Assembly (NCBI GenBank): GCA_009711765.1
Contig: VEND01000029.1
Coordinates: forward strand, 4,320-68,319
Direction of reading: 5' to 3'
Origin: Bacillota bacterium
Lineage (GTDB): Bacteria; Bacillota; Clostridia; Tissierellales; MES13
DNA length: 64,000 bases
This document shows, piece after piece, positions 30,815-41,657 of the stretch. Numbering within the stretch: position 1 is the stretch's first letter; each line of letters begins with the position of its first letter. The translations under genes were made by a program, and so were the position numbers. The notes under the pieces are model-generated. The model made no database searches and had not been told where the DNA came from. It saw only the letters and a program-made list of their open reading frames with translations.

Positions 30815-32320
30815 TTGAGCAAGAGAACATACTATATTCACGTTGGAACAGGTAAAACTGGAACTACAGCATTACAACAATTCTTCAATATTAATAAAAA
30901 TACTTTACAGAAAAGAGGAATAACTTATCCAGAAACAGGGATTTTTAACAATTCAGGAGCACATCACAATATTATTTGGTCAATTTATAAGGGAACACAG
31001 GAAACAAATAATTCAGATTATGATGGACCTAATAGAAATGAAATGTTTAATCTTTTGAGTAAAGAACTTAAAGATAAACCAAATAAAGTTTTATTATCTA
31101 GTGAATTTGTTTCATATACCAGGAGTGGCTTAAAACAATTAAAAGAATTTTTTCAAGAAAATATTAAAATTATCTTATATATAAGAAGACAAGATGAGTT
31201 TATACAATCGGTTAATTCTCAATGGATAAAAGTTGGTAACAGAACTACAATTTCAAGCACTGATATAAATGGAAATTATTTAGCGATAATTGAAAATATA
31301 GTTGATATATTTGGTAGAGATAATCTAATATTACGACCGTATGAAAAACAACAATTTTATAATTCGAGTATTTTTGCGGATTTTTTAAATTATGTTTTCG
31401 GATTAAAACTAGATAAGTCTTTTCAAATACCAAAATCTAATCCTAATCCAAGTCTTGACAGAAATGCTTTAGAATATAAAAGACTGATAAATAAATTAAA
31501 TATTAGTAGAACGGAAAAGCAGAGTATATTACCTGAATTAAAAAACTATAGTATATCTTCTAATAAGAAAGTTTTTCTTCCATTTAGTAAGCATAAATTA
31601 TTATCACCAAAAGAAAAATTGGATATAATTAGAAAATATGACAAGATAAACAAAAAAATTGCCAAAGAATATTTAAATAGAGAAGATGAACAATTATTTT
31701 ATGACGAGATTCCTTCGGAAAATGAAAAATATAAGTCATATAAGACTTTAAGTATAGAAGAAGCCATTGATATTAGCAGGCACTTATTAAGTAAGATTTA
31801 TAGTGAAGATGTGGACAAGATGATAATTAACTCTATAATAAGAGGAACAATAGAAGAAATTACTGGAAATAAGATTGATGTAGGATATTTAAGGGATAAA
31901 GAATTTAGAAAATTAACTTATATTTATGATTTATTAAATAAGATTCCTAAACATTATAAAAATATAACTAATTTTGAAATAAATGAAAAAGGATTGTCTT
32001 TCATGGCTAAAGATAAACCTAAAATGATTTTGCCAAAGTTTAATAACGTAAAAGAATTTAAACAATTGCGAATAAAGATTGACATAACAATCCCAGAACC
32101 TACTAAGTTAAAAGTTTTATATAGAGGCAAAGAAAATAATTTTGAGGAGAATAACTCTAAAAGTATTAAATTACTCAAGAAAAGAAATTGCTTATATTTT
32201 GATATTGAATCATATGAGAATATAGATAAAATATTATTGGCTCCAGGAATAGTTAAAGGGAATTATACTATACATTCTTTAAGCATTAGAGGAGTAAAAA
32301 ACGAGAGTGATTCAAGGTGA
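30815..32320 (+). CDS. Sulfotransferase-like P-loop protein with C-terminal beta-rich domain
   Basis: HVGTGKTGTTALQ, LSSE and YIRRQ motifs; paralogue of the previous gene (RxYEK.QF, PNP.L...ALEYKRL). Confidence 0.7.
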   Translation: MSKRTYYIHVGTGKTGTTALQQFFNINKNTLQKRGITYPETGIFNNSGAHHNIIWSIYKGTQETNNSDYDGPNRNEMFNLLSKELKDKPNKVLLSSEFVSYTRSGLKQLKEFFQENIKIILYIRRQDEFIQSVNSQWIKVGNRTTISSTDINGNYLAIIENIVDIFGRDNLILRPYEKQQFYNSSIFADFLNYVFGLKLDKSFQIPKSNPNPSLDRNALEYKRLINKLNISRTEKQSILPELKNYSISSNKKVFLPFSKHKLLSPKEKLDIIRKYDKINKKIAKEYLNREDEQLFYDEIPSENEKYKSYKTLSIEEAIDISRHLLSKIYSEDVDKMIINSIIRGTIEEITGNKIDVGYLRDKEFRKLTYIYDLLNKIPKHYKNITNFEINEKGLSFMAKDKPKMILPKFNNVKEFKQLRIKIDITIPEPTKLKVLYRGKENNFEENNSKSIKLLKKRNCLYFDIESYENIDKILLAPGIVKGNYTIHSLSIRGVKNESDSR

Positions 32321-33393
32321 AAAATAAATTACTCTATCTTCATATAGGTATGCATAAAACCGGTTCAACATCGATTCAAAAATCACTATATAATTCCAGA
32401 GATACTCTTTTGCTAAATGGGATTAATTACTTAAATTGTAATAGTTCAAATCATTCAACTAGTTTTGTTTCACTTTTTAGAAAAGAACCTGAGAAATATC
32501 ATATGAATATACAAAAGGGAATTAATACCAAAGAGAAAGTAAACATTTATAATCAGACGTTAAGAAGAAAGATTATCGATGAGTTTGAAAAAAATCAATC
32601 AGATATTTTCATTATTTCTGGTGAAGATTTAACATATTTTACATATGAAGAGGTGAGAAATCTATACAATTTTCTGAAAAATTATTTTGAATGTATCAAA
32701 GTTATAGCTTATGTTAGAGAACCGATATCTTTTATTGACAGTGAGACACAGCAGCGAATTTTGGGAGGAGTGACATTTAAGGAATTGGAGAATAATCCAG
32801 CTTTGCCCCATTATAAATTTCGATTTGAAAAATACTTTAAATATTTTGGACGAAATGATGTTAAATTATTTCTATTTGATAGAAATAAGCTGTATAAACA
32901 AAATGTAGTATATGATTTTTTGTATAATATTGGTGCTAATAGGGATGTATTAGAAAATATAAAATGTAAAAATACTAATTCATCTTTTAGCAAAGATACT
33001 ATTTATTTTATTGAGAAACTAAATAGATTATATCCATTATATGTAGATAACAAGCTTAATAATTTGAGAGGTAATTTAAATAGAGACCTACTGAGAGAAG
33101 CTGAAAGAGAAAATGAATGTGAAAAATTCACAGCACCTAGAACTTTTAATAATAGTGATCTAGAATATTTAAATCAAGATATTGATTATGTAAATCAATT
33201 TTTGGACATTGAAGAAAAAGTACCAAATATTAAATCTATTAAGAATACGATACATGAAACTTGTAGATTAAACGATGAGTACCTTATTAAACTAATTAAT
33301 GTATTGAATCTGAAGGTTCAAGAAAGGGATGAAAAGGTTAAACAATTAAAAACTCGTTTAAGAGAAGAACAATTAAAAGACAATAATAGTTAA
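32317..33393 (+). CDS. Sulfotransferase-like P-loop protein
   Basis: HIGMHKTGSTSIQ, ISGE and YVREP motifs. Confidence 0.7.
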   Translation: MKNKLLYLHIGMHKTGSTSIQKSLYNSRDTLLLNGINYLNCNSSNHSTSFVSLFRKEPEKYHMNIQKGINTKEKVNIYNQTLRRKIIDEFEKNQSDIFIISGEDLTYFTYEEVRNLYNFLKNYFECIKVIAYVREPISFIDSETQQRILGGVTFKELENNPALPHYKFRFEKYFKYFGRNDVKLFLFDRNKLYKQNVVYDFLYNIGANRDVLENIKCKNTNSSFSKDTIYFIEKLNRLYPLYVDNKLNNLRGNLNRDLLREAERENECEKFTAPRTFNNSDLEYLNQDIDYVNQFLDIEEKVPNIKSIKNTIHETCRLNDEYLIKLINVLNLKVQERDEKVKQLKTRLREEQLKDNNS

Positions 33394-33660
33394 TAAAGCA
33401 AAGGATACACTACTATAATAATTTTTTTAATTTTTATTCCCATATCTAGTGAAACATACAGTGGATTTAAAAAACTATGTAGTATACAATAAAAGAGTTA
33501 AAAGAAATATTTATGTAAGTAGATGATAGTCATATATAGTAGAAAGAATACTGGATCATAAGGATTGATTTCCAAAATTATCGAAAATGATTACTATAGT
33601 TTATATTAATATTTAGGCTTAATCTAACTTATTAGATAATAGAATTAAGACTATCGAAAG

Positions 33661-34644
33661 TTGTTGATAAATATGATGAGTATAATCATACCTAATTATA
33701 ACGGTGAAAAGTTTTTGAAAGAATGTTTAGAGTCTTTATTGAAACAAACTATTAGAACTTTAGAAGTAATTATTGTCGATAATGCTTCTAGTGATAATAG
33801 TATAAATATAATAGATAATTATAAGAATCTCCTAAATATCTCATTAGTAAAAAATAACCAAAACTTAGGATTTGCAAAAGCAGTTAATATTGGGATAAAA
33901 AGATCTAAAAAGAAATACGTTTTCTTACTAAACAATGATGTAGTTTTAAAGCCCAATACTTTAGAGAGACTCTATAATTGTATACTAAAAGATGACTCTA
34001 TATTTTCAGTTCAAACAAAGATGTTACAGTACTATAAACATAATAGCATAGATGATGCAGGGGATGGGTATACGATACTAGGATGGGCGTATCAAATTGG
34101 GAATAACAGGTCTTCTAAGCTATATAAAGAAGAAAGAGAGATTTTTTCAGCATGTGCTGGAGCAACTCTATATAGAAAAAGTTTTTTAGACAATATAAGC
34201 TTATTTGATGAAAATTTCTTTGCTTACATGGAAGATGTGGATATAGGGTATAGAGCTAGAATACATGGGTATAAAAATATCTATTGTCCACAGTCTATAT
34301 GTTATCATGTAGGTAGTGCAACTAGTGGTAGCAAATACAATGAATTTAAAATAAGATTAGCAGCAAGAAATAATATATATGTACTATACAAAAACATGCC
34401 TATTATGCAACTGTTTATCAACTTACCTTTTCTTATTATAGGATTTATTATAAAAGGGGTTTTCTTTTATTTAAAAGGTTTTGGGCAAGTATATATAAAA
34501 GGCATATATGAGGGAGTAAAAACCTTAGATAAAGTCAACAAAGTTAAATATAGTAATAAAAATTTAGTTGAATATATTAAAATAGAATGGTTGTTATTGA
34601 AAAATACATTCACCTATATTGTTTCAAAATTGCGGATGGATTAG
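33661..34644 (+). CDS. GT2 glycosyltransferase (rhamnosyltransferase-like)
   Basis: IIPNYNG, VDNAS, NLGFA, LLNND and FAYMEDVD motifs. Confidence 0.88.
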   Translation: MLINMMSIIIPNYNGEKFLKECLESLLKQTIRTLEVIIVDNASSDNSINIIDNYKNLLNISLVKNNQNLGFAKAVNIGIKRSKKKYVFLLNNDVVLKPNTLERLYNCILKDDSIFSVQTKMLQYYKHNSIDDAGDGYTILGWAYQIGNNRSSKLYKEEREIFSACAGATLYRKSFLDNISLFDENFFAYMEDVDIGYRARIHGYKNIYCPQSICYHVGSATSGSKYNEFKIRLAARNNIYVLYKNMPIMQLFINLPFLIIGFIIKGVFFYLKGFGQVYIKGIYEGVKTLDKVNKVKYSNKNLVEYIKIEWLLLKNTFTYIVSKLRMD

Positions 34645-35185
34645 AAAAACTTAAAATTTATATAATTTGGAATATAGAACTAAAAGAATTATGGAGAAGA
34701 ATGTAGGTCCTGTAAAGGACATAATATAGTTTTTTATAATGGTTATGGTATATATAATATCGTATTTAATCCTGATGTTATATTAGATATAAACTTTATA
34801 ATAGAAGTAATAATTTAATTAGAAAATGATAAAAAATAGGTATGATATCTGAAAAGTATTAAGTAGGACTAAAGATTTTAAATTTACTAATATAATCGAT
34901 ATTACAGGTATTATTATACTAAAAAAAAGAGGATATATGATATAGGGTCAAGGGCTAAAAGACTTTTAAAAGATACATAAGATAAAAGTAGATGTTTAAT
35001 GATTATTAAATATGGAAAAATAAAAGATTATATTAAAAACTGACCGTTTATATTAGCCCTTGATTTAGCTATATTTGGCTATTGTTTGTTAAAAGAACTC
35101 ACTACTTTAAATTATATTCCATATACTATAAAATTATTTTCTGATACAATATAAAAAAAGAAAGATTATAAAAAAGAAAATTAAG
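34636..35185 (+). pseudogene. Degraded GT2 glycosyltransferase
   Basis: Fragments VFNPDVILDINFI, IIDITGII and DLAIFGYCLLKE in shifting frames with stops. Confidence 0.55.
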
Positions 35186-35202
35186 ACAAAAGAGGTACTT
35201 AG

Positions 35203-36066
35203 ATGGATTTATCAATAATTATTGTGAACTATAATACAAATAAATTAATTAAACAAACCTTAAATTCTATATATAAATATAATCATAATATTGACTACGA
35301 AGTAATAGTGGTAGATAATAACTCATCAGATGATAGTGTATATATGATAAAAAGTGAATTTTTTCAGGTGATTTTAATAGAAAATAATGCTAATCTAGGA
35401 TTTTCGAAAGCAAATAATATAGGAATAAAGAGGGCTAGTGGAAAATATATATTACTATTAAATTCAGATACAGTGATAGAAAGAGATACTTTGGAAATAA
35501 TGTATAAATATATGGAGGGGAATGAAAATGTTGGTGCGTCTGGATGTAAAGTTATACTTCCAAATGGAAACCTTGATAAAGCATGTAAAAGAAGTTTTCC
35601 TACACCAAAGAATGCTTTATATAATGCATTAAAACTAGACAGGCTATATCCAGAAAATAAAAGTTTTGGAGAATATGATTTAACCTATTTAGATGAAGAC
35701 AAAACTCATGAAGTTGATTGTTTAGTTGGTGCGTTTATGATGGTAAGAAGAGAGGCTATAGAAGAAGTAGGACTTTTGGATGAAGATTTTTTTATGTATG
35801 GAGAAGATATAGATTGGTGTTATAGAATAAAAAAGGCAGGATGGAAGGTAATTTACTATCCTGAGACAAAGATAATTCATCATAAGGGTGGAAGTATTAA
35901 AAAGAAAAGAAAAAAAATAATATATGAATTTCATAGGTCAATGTATATTTTCTATGAAAAACATTATAAAAATAAATATTCAATAATAACAAGATATATA
36001 GTCTACATAGGAGTATTTACTAAGATGCTCTTAACTTTTAGTATTAATGCTTTTAAAAACAATTAA
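35203..36066 (+). CDS. GT2 glycosyltransferase (WbbL/WsaD-like rhamnosyltransferase)
   Basis: IIIVNYN, LLNSD, GAFMM and FFMYGEDIDWC motifs. Confidence 0.88.
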   Translation: MDLSIIIVNYNTNKLIKQTLNSIYKYNHNIDYEVIVVDNNSSDDSVYMIKSEFFQVILIENNANLGFSKANNIGIKRASGKYILLLNSDTVIERDTLEIMYKYMEGNENVGASGCKVILPNGNLDKACKRSFPTPKNALYNALKLDRLYPENKSFGEYDLTYLDEDKTHEVDCLVGAFMMVRREAIEEVGLLDEDFFMYGEDIDWCYRIKKAGWKVIYYPETKIIHHKGGSIKKKRKKIIYEFHRSMYIFYEKHYKNKYSIITRYIVYIGVFTKMLLTFSINAFKNN

Positions 36067-36179
36067 GGTTTTATAAGTTCATAAAATGTAGTATAATTAC
36101 TAATTAGGAATGAATTGTAAATGTTATTTTGAATACATAAATTAAAGCTAATCGTAGTTTTTCTATCTGGGGTGTTAAA

Positions 36180-37577
36180 ATGATTAAGCAAAATCAAAAG
36201 ATACTAAATACAATACAAGTTTTAATAGATGCAACAATTGTATCATTATCACTTATAATAGCTTGGTATATAAGGTTTAACAGTGGGTTGTTTAAATTAG
36301 AGGGACATTTAGGTTTTAATGCGTATTTAAAACCTCTTTTTTTAATAGTACCGCTATATTTAATTTTATATAGTTATTATAAGTTGTATACACCAAGGAG
36401 AAGAAAAGATATTTTTACTGAAGTAGTAGGTATAATTAAAAGTAATATCTTTGGTCTTATTGTTTTAATGACTATTTTGTTTATAGTAAAACAAATACAT
36501 TATTCTAGATATGTTTTATTACTATTTTCAATATTATCTGTATTATTAACAATTTCAGAAAGATTAGTTATAAGATTAGTTTTAAGGAAATATAGAAGAC
36601 AAGGATTTAATTTAAAGCATATTTTAGTATTAGGAACAGGGGAACCTGCGGTTGAATTTTTAAGAAAAATAGAAACCCATAAATATTTAGGATATAGTGT
36701 ATTTGGAATACTTGATGATAATAAAAAAGAAGGTTATAAGATAAAAGGTGTCTACGTAAAGGGGAAAATAAATGAATTAGATAAAATATTATCTGAAAAT
36801 ATGATAGATGAAGTAATAATAGCTATTGGTTTAGAGGAGTATCATAAGTTAGGATATATAATAAATGAAACCGAGAAAAATGGTATAAGAACTCAGATAA
36901 TTCCAGATTACAATAAATATATACCAGCAGAACCATATATAGATGAAATAGATGGTTTGCAGCTTATAAATATAAGACATGTACCTTTAGATAATATATT
37001 AAATAAATACATAAAACGATTTATAGATATTATACTTTCTGTAATTTGTATAGTTTTATTTTCACCGATAATGATATTTACAGCTATTACTATAAAATTA
37101 ACATCTCCTGGAGATATAATATTTAGACAAATTAGAGTAGGTTTAAATAATAGGGAATTTGAAATGTATAAGTTTAGATCAATGCATGCAAAAAACGAAG
37201 TAGCAGCTACAAAATGGACTACTAAAGATGACCCAAGAAAAACTAAATTCGGTAGTTTAATAAGAAAGTTAAGTGTCGATGAGCTTCCTCAGCTTTTTAA
37301 TGTATTAAAAGGAGATATGAGTTTAATTGGTCCAAGACCAGAAAGACCTCACTTTGTTGAAAGATTTAGAGAAGAGATACCTAAATACATGATAAAGCAT
37401 CAGGTTCGCCCAGGGATAACAGGTTGGGCACAGGTAAATGGATGGCGGGGAGATACATCTATTAAAAAGAGAATAGAGTGCGATATATACTATATTGAAA
37501 ATTGGAGTCTATTTTTTGATATAAAGATACTTTGTTTAACAGTATTTAAGGGTTTTGTAAATAAAAATGCATATTAA
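36180..37577 (+). CDS. Undecaprenyl-phosphate hexose-1-phosphate transferase (WcaJ/WsaP-like)
   Basis: KRFIDI, YKFRSM, DELPQL, GPRPE and PGITGWAQVNG motifs. Confidence 0.93.
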   Translation: MIKQNQKILNTIQVLIDATIVSLSLIIAWYIRFNSGLFKLEGHLGFNAYLKPLFLIVPLYLILYSYYKLYTPRRRKDIFTEVVGIIKSNIFGLIVLMTILFIVKQIHYSRYVLLLFSILSVLLTISERLVIRLVLRKYRRQGFNLKHILVLGTGEPAVEFLRKIETHKYLGYSVFGILDDNKKEGYKIKGVYVKGKINELDKILSENMIDEVIIAIGLEEYHKLGYIINETEKNGIRTQIIPDYNKYIPAEPYIDEIDGLQLINIRHVPLDNILNKYIKRFIDIILSVICIVLFSPIMIFTAITIKLTSPGDIIFRQIRVGLNNREFEMYKFRSMHAKNEVAATKWTTKDDPRKTKFGSLIRKLSVDELPQLFNVLKGDMSLIGPRPERPHFVERFREEIPKYMIKHQVRPGITGWAQVNGWRGDTSIKKRIECDIYYIENWSLFFDIKILCLTVFKGFVNKNAY

Positions 37578-37580
37578 ATA

Positions 37581-38585
37581 ATGATTGGAGATAAGAATTT
37601 GAATATTTTAATAACCGGTGGCGCAGGATATATAGGATCCCATGTTGTAAAGGAATTAAAAGGAACTGAAAATAAAATTGTAGTTTTTGATAATTTACAG
37701 AAAGGTCATGAAGATTCTATTAAAGGAGTATCCTTTATAGAAGGAGATTTAAGCGATAAAGAGCTATTAGATGATACTATGAAGGATTTTAATATAGATG
37801 CTGTAATTCATTTAGCAGCCGATAGTTTAGTTGGAGAATCTATGGAAAATCCTAAAAAATATTATAAGAATAATGTTTCAAATGGAATAACTCTATTAAA
37901 TATAATGGTAGAAAATAATGTAAAATACATAGTATTCTCATCAACAGCAGCTGTATATGGTAAACCTGATAGTACTCCGATAACTGAAGAAAATGAAACA
38001 AAACCTACGAATGTATATGGAGAAACTAAACTAATATTTGAAAATATGTTAAAAAGATATGAAAATGCATATGGAATTAAGTATATTTCCCTTAGATATT
38101 TTAATGCTTCAGGGGCTGACGAAAGTGGAAAAATAGGTGAAGATCATAATCCAGAGTCCCATTTGATACCTATAGTTATGCAGGTACTTTTAGGTCAAAG
38201 AGATAAAATATATATATTTGGAGATGATTATGAAACTAGGGATGGGACCTGTATCAGAGACTATATACATGTTACAGATTTAGCTAATGCTCATATACTA
38301 GCATTAAAGTCTTTAGAAAATGTAAATAAGTCAAATATATTTAACTTAGGAAATGGTAAAGGATTTTCTGTTAAGGAAGTTATAGATATGATAGAAAAGG
38401 TAACGGGTAAAGAAATAAAAAAGGAAATATCAGATAGAAGAGAAGGAGATCCTGATGTTTTAATAGCTAGCTCAGATAAAATTAAAAAAGAGTTAGGATG
38501 GAAACCTAAATTTAATGATTTAGAAAGTATTATTAAAACAGCTTGGAAGTGGCATAAAAACAACCCAGATGGCTACGAAGATTAG
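37581..38585 (+). CDS. galE: UDP-glucose 4-epimerase
   Basis: GGAGYIGSH, FSSTAAVYG, LRYFN and DGTCIRDYIHV motifs. Confidence 0.95.
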   Translation: MIGDKNLNILITGGAGYIGSHVVKELKGTENKIVVFDNLQKGHEDSIKGVSFIEGDLSDKELLDDTMKDFNIDAVIHLAADSLVGESMENPKKYYKNNVSNGITLLNIMVENNVKYIVFSSTAAVYGKPDSTPITEENETKPTNVYGETKLIFENMLKRYENAYGIKYISLRYFNASGADESGKIGEDHNPESHLIPIVMQVLLGQRDKIYIFGDDYETRDGTCIRDYIHVTDLANAHILALKSLENVNKSNIFNLGNGKGFSVKEVIDMIEKVTGKEIKKEISDRREGDPDVLIASSDKIKKELGWKPKFNDLESIIKTAWKWHKNNPDGYED

Positions 38586-38628
38586 TTTTAAAAAAATATA
38601 ATATATAAGACTAAAGGGAGGCAAAAAC

Positions 38629-39519
38629 ATGAAAGTTAAAAAAGCTATTATACCAGCTGCAGGTTTAGGGACGAGATTTTTACCGGCAACTAAGGCTCAA
38701 CCTAAGGAAATGCTACCTATAGTTGATAAACCAACTATTCAGTATATTATAGAGGAAGCTATCGCTTCAGGAATTGAAGATATACTAATAATTACAGGTA
38801 GAAATAAAAGAGCTATAGAAGATCATTTTGATAAATCAGTGGAACTTGAAATGGCCCTTGAAAATAAGGGAAAAGATGAACTTTTAAAGTTAGTTCAAGA
38901 TATATCAGATATGGTTAATATTCATTATATAAGACAAAAAGAACCGAAGGGTTTAGGACATGCTATACATTGTGCTAAAACTTTTATAAAGGATGAACCC
39001 TTTGCTGTATTATTAGGAGATGACATAGTAGATGCTAAAAAACCTTGTCTAAAGCAACTTATAGATGTATATGATGAGTATAAAACTAGTGTATTAGGTG
39101 TTCAAGAAGTATCTAAAAAAGATGTAGATAAATACGGAATAGTAGATGGTAATCATATCGAAAATGGAGTATATAAGGTTGATAACTTAGTTGAAAAACC
39201 AGATGTTGATAAGGCACCTACTAATGTAGCAATACTAGGTAGATATATTATAACTCCAGAGATATTTGATATATTAGAACATACTAAACCCGGAAGAGGT
39301 GGAGAAATACAACTTACAGATGCTTTAAAGGAACTTGCAGGAAAGAAGAAAATGTATGCTTATACCTTTGAGGGAAGAAGATATGATGTAGGTAATAAAT
39401 TAGGATTTTTACAAGCAACCATGGAATTTGCTCTTAAAAGGGATGATTTAAAGGATGACTTTAAAAACTATTTAATAGATTATTTTAAAGATGAAAATGA
39501 AGTGAGTATAGAAAAATAA
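38629..39519 (+). CDS. galU: UTP-glucose-1-phosphate uridylyltransferase
   Basis: [24 protein letters not shown] and GEIQLTD motifs. Confidence 0.96.
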   Translation: MKVKKAIIPAAGLGTRFLPATKAQPKEMLPIVDKPTIQYIIEEAIASGIEDILIITGRNKRAIEDHFDKSVELEMALENKGKDELLKLVQDISDMVNIHYIRQKEPKGLGHAIHCAKTFIKDEPFAVLLGDDIVDAKKPCLKQLIDVYDEYKTSVLGVQEVSKKDVDKYGIVDGNHIENGVYKVDNLVEKPDVDKAPTNVAILGRYIITPEIFDILEHTKPGRGGEIQLTDALKELAGKKKMYAYTFEGRRYDVGNKLGFLQATMEFALKRDDLKDDFKNYLIDYFKDENEVSIEK

Positions 39520-39651
39520 TAAAACTTAAACTATAATTTTTTTATTTTTAGATAAGTTTTATTACAATTCTAAAATAAGATATAATAGTATTTAAATAAT
39601 ATTATTTAAGAGTATGAAGAGAATTTTATAAGTTGCTTAGGTGGAGTTTAT

Positions 39652-39957
39652 ATGAAAAAAAAGAAAATAATAATCATTGATTATAATGATAAATTAACTA
39701 GTGAATTATTAAAAGAAAGATTAATACAAATAGGAACTAATATAGAAGTAGAGGTTATATTTATAATTAACAAAAGAAATTATGATGATAATTCACTGAT
39801 TTATATGTTTTATAATATAAGAGAGAAATTAAAAGTTATTAGTAAAAGTTTAAATAACGACGATATTACTTATAGCATTAAGTATGTCAAAGATAAAAAA
39901 GAATTAGATCAAATATATTTAAAAAAGACTAGTAACTTTGATTTAGTAATAAAATAA
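39652..39957 (+). CDS. Hypothetical protein (paralogue of 46126..46446)
   Basis: GGTGGAG RBS; aligns by eye with the ORF after cysC. Confidence 0.55.
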   Translation: MKKKKIIIIDYNDKLTSELLKERLIQIGTNIEVEVIFIINKRNYDDNSLIYMFYNIREKLKVISKSLNNDDITYSIKYVKDKKELDQIYLKKTSNFDLVIK

Positions 39958-39976
39958 ATATAAAAGAGGTTTTGTT

Positions 39977-40747
39977 ATGAATTTAGATAAAGAACTAAAA
40001 GTAACTAAAGAATTAGCAATTTTAGCAGGAAAAGAAATAATGAAAGTTTATGAAAATTCTATAGAAGTAGAATATAAAGAGGATGAATCCCCTTTAACAA
40101 AGGCAGATGAAAAATCTAATGAAGTTATAGTATCTAGACTAAGAAAAGAATTTAGTGAATATGCGATTCTTTCAGAGGAATCTGAAGATGATAAATCTAG
40201 ACTAGATAATGACTGGTGCTTTGTTATAGATCCATTAGATGGAACTAAGGAGTTTATAAAAAGAAATGGAGAATTCACAGTAAATATTGCTCTAACTTAT
40301 AAGAAAAAATCAGTTTTAGGAGTTATTTACGTTCCTGTAACTAAAGAGCTTTACTATGCCACTAAAGGTAATGGTGCTTTCTATGAAGTTAATGGACAAG
40401 CTGAAAAAATAAAAGTATCAGATAGAACGGACAATATAAGATTAGTAATGAGTAGATCCCATGCATCAGAGAATTTACAAGAATTAATTGATAAACATGA
40501 TATAACTAATACAAAAAGAGCCGGAAGTTCTTTAAAGGGCTGTAAAGTAGCTAAGGGTGAAGCAGAAGTTTATTATAGGTTTAATCCTACAATGGAATGG
40601 GATACAGCAGCAATGCAGTGTATAGTAGAAGAAGCAGGTGGTATATTTAAACAGATGGATCATTCAGAAATGCTTTATAATAGAAGAAATAGTTTGAATG
40701 ATAAAGGATTTTATATTATAAACAGAGAAGAAAATCAACTTTTATAA
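39977..40747 (+). CDS. cysQ: 3'(2'),5'-bisphosphate nucleotidase (PAP phosphatase)
   Basis: SPLTKAD, LSEE, DPLDGTKEF, SRSH, GSSLK and EWDTAA motifs. Confidence 0.93.
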   Translation: MNLDKELKVTKELAILAGKEIMKVYENSIEVEYKEDESPLTKADEKSNEVIVSRLRKEFSEYAILSEESEDDKSRLDNDWCFVIDPLDGTKEFIKRNGEFTVNIALTYKKKSVLGVIYVPVTKELYYATKGNGAFYEVNGQAEKIKVSDRTDNIRLVMSRSHASENLQELIDKHDITNTKRAGSSLKGCKVAKGEAEVYYRFNPTMEWDTAAMQCIVEEAGGIFKQMDHSEMLYNRRNSLNDKGFYIINREENQLL

Positions 40748-40762
40748 ATAGGAGGTTTAGAA

Positions 40763-41644
40763 ATGAATCATTTAGACAAATTAGAAAATAGAAGTATTCA
40801 TATACTTAGGGAAGCTTATAGTGAATTTAATAATTTAGGAATGCTTTGGTCAATAGGTAAAGATAGTACAGTATTATTATGGCTTGCAAGAAAGGCATTT
40901 TTTGGACATGTACCTATACCATTAATTCATGTTGATACAAATTATAAAATACCTGAAATGATAGAACATAGAGACAGACTAGCAAGGGAATGGAAATTAG
41001 ATATGATATATGGTCAGAATACTGACGCATTAGAAAATAAGGAAACTTTCCCTGATGGAAATACAACAAGACTTAAGTGTTGTAAGAATCTAAAAACAAA
41101 CGCACTTAAAAATACTTTAAATGGAGTATGGCCTAGATATAGAATGAACCATGATACTAAAGAATATGAAATAGATAAAAATAGAGAGCCATTTACAGGG
41201 GTTATAGTTGGAGTTAGATCAGATGAAGAAGGAAGTCGTTCTAAGGAAAGATACTTCTCACCTAGGGATAAAAATAATGATTGGGATATAGGAGATCAAC
41301 CTCCTGAGTTTTGGAATCAATATAAAACAGATTTTGCTCCAGGAACCCACGTTAGGATACATCCTTTACTTGATTGGACAGAACTTGATATATGGGAGTA
41401 TATAAAAAGAGAAAACATCCCAATGGTATCATTATACTTTGACCAAGGAGAAGGAAAAAGATATAGATCATTAGGATGTGCACCTTGTACAAACCCAGTA
41501 GATTCAACTGCAAAAAATGTAGATGAAGTTATAGAAGAATTAAAAACAGGTAAATTTTCAAATATAGCAGAAAGATCAGGAAGAGCTCAGGATAAAGAAG
41601 ATGGTGGAGGATTAGAAGAATTAAGAAAAGACGGTTATATGTAA
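40763..41644 (+). CDS. cysD: Sulfate adenylyltransferase subunit 2
   Basis: [32 protein letters not shown] and GYM C-terminus. Confidence 0.93.
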   Translation: MNHLDKLENRSIHILREAYSEFNNLGMLWSIGKDSTVLLWLARKAFFGHVPIPLIHVDTNYKIPEMIEHRDRLAREWKLDMIYGQNTDALENKETFPDGNTTRLKCCKNLKTNALKNTLNGVWPRYRMNHDTKEYEIDKNREPFTGVIVGVRSDEEGSRSKERYFSPRDKNNDWDIGDQPPEFWNQYKTDFAPGTHVRIHPLLDWTELDIWEYIKRENIPMVSLYFDQGEGKRYRSLGCAPCTNPVDSTAKNVDEVIEELKTGKFSNIAERSGRAQDKEDGGGLEELRKDGYM

Positions 41645-41657
41645 AAGAGGGATTTAA

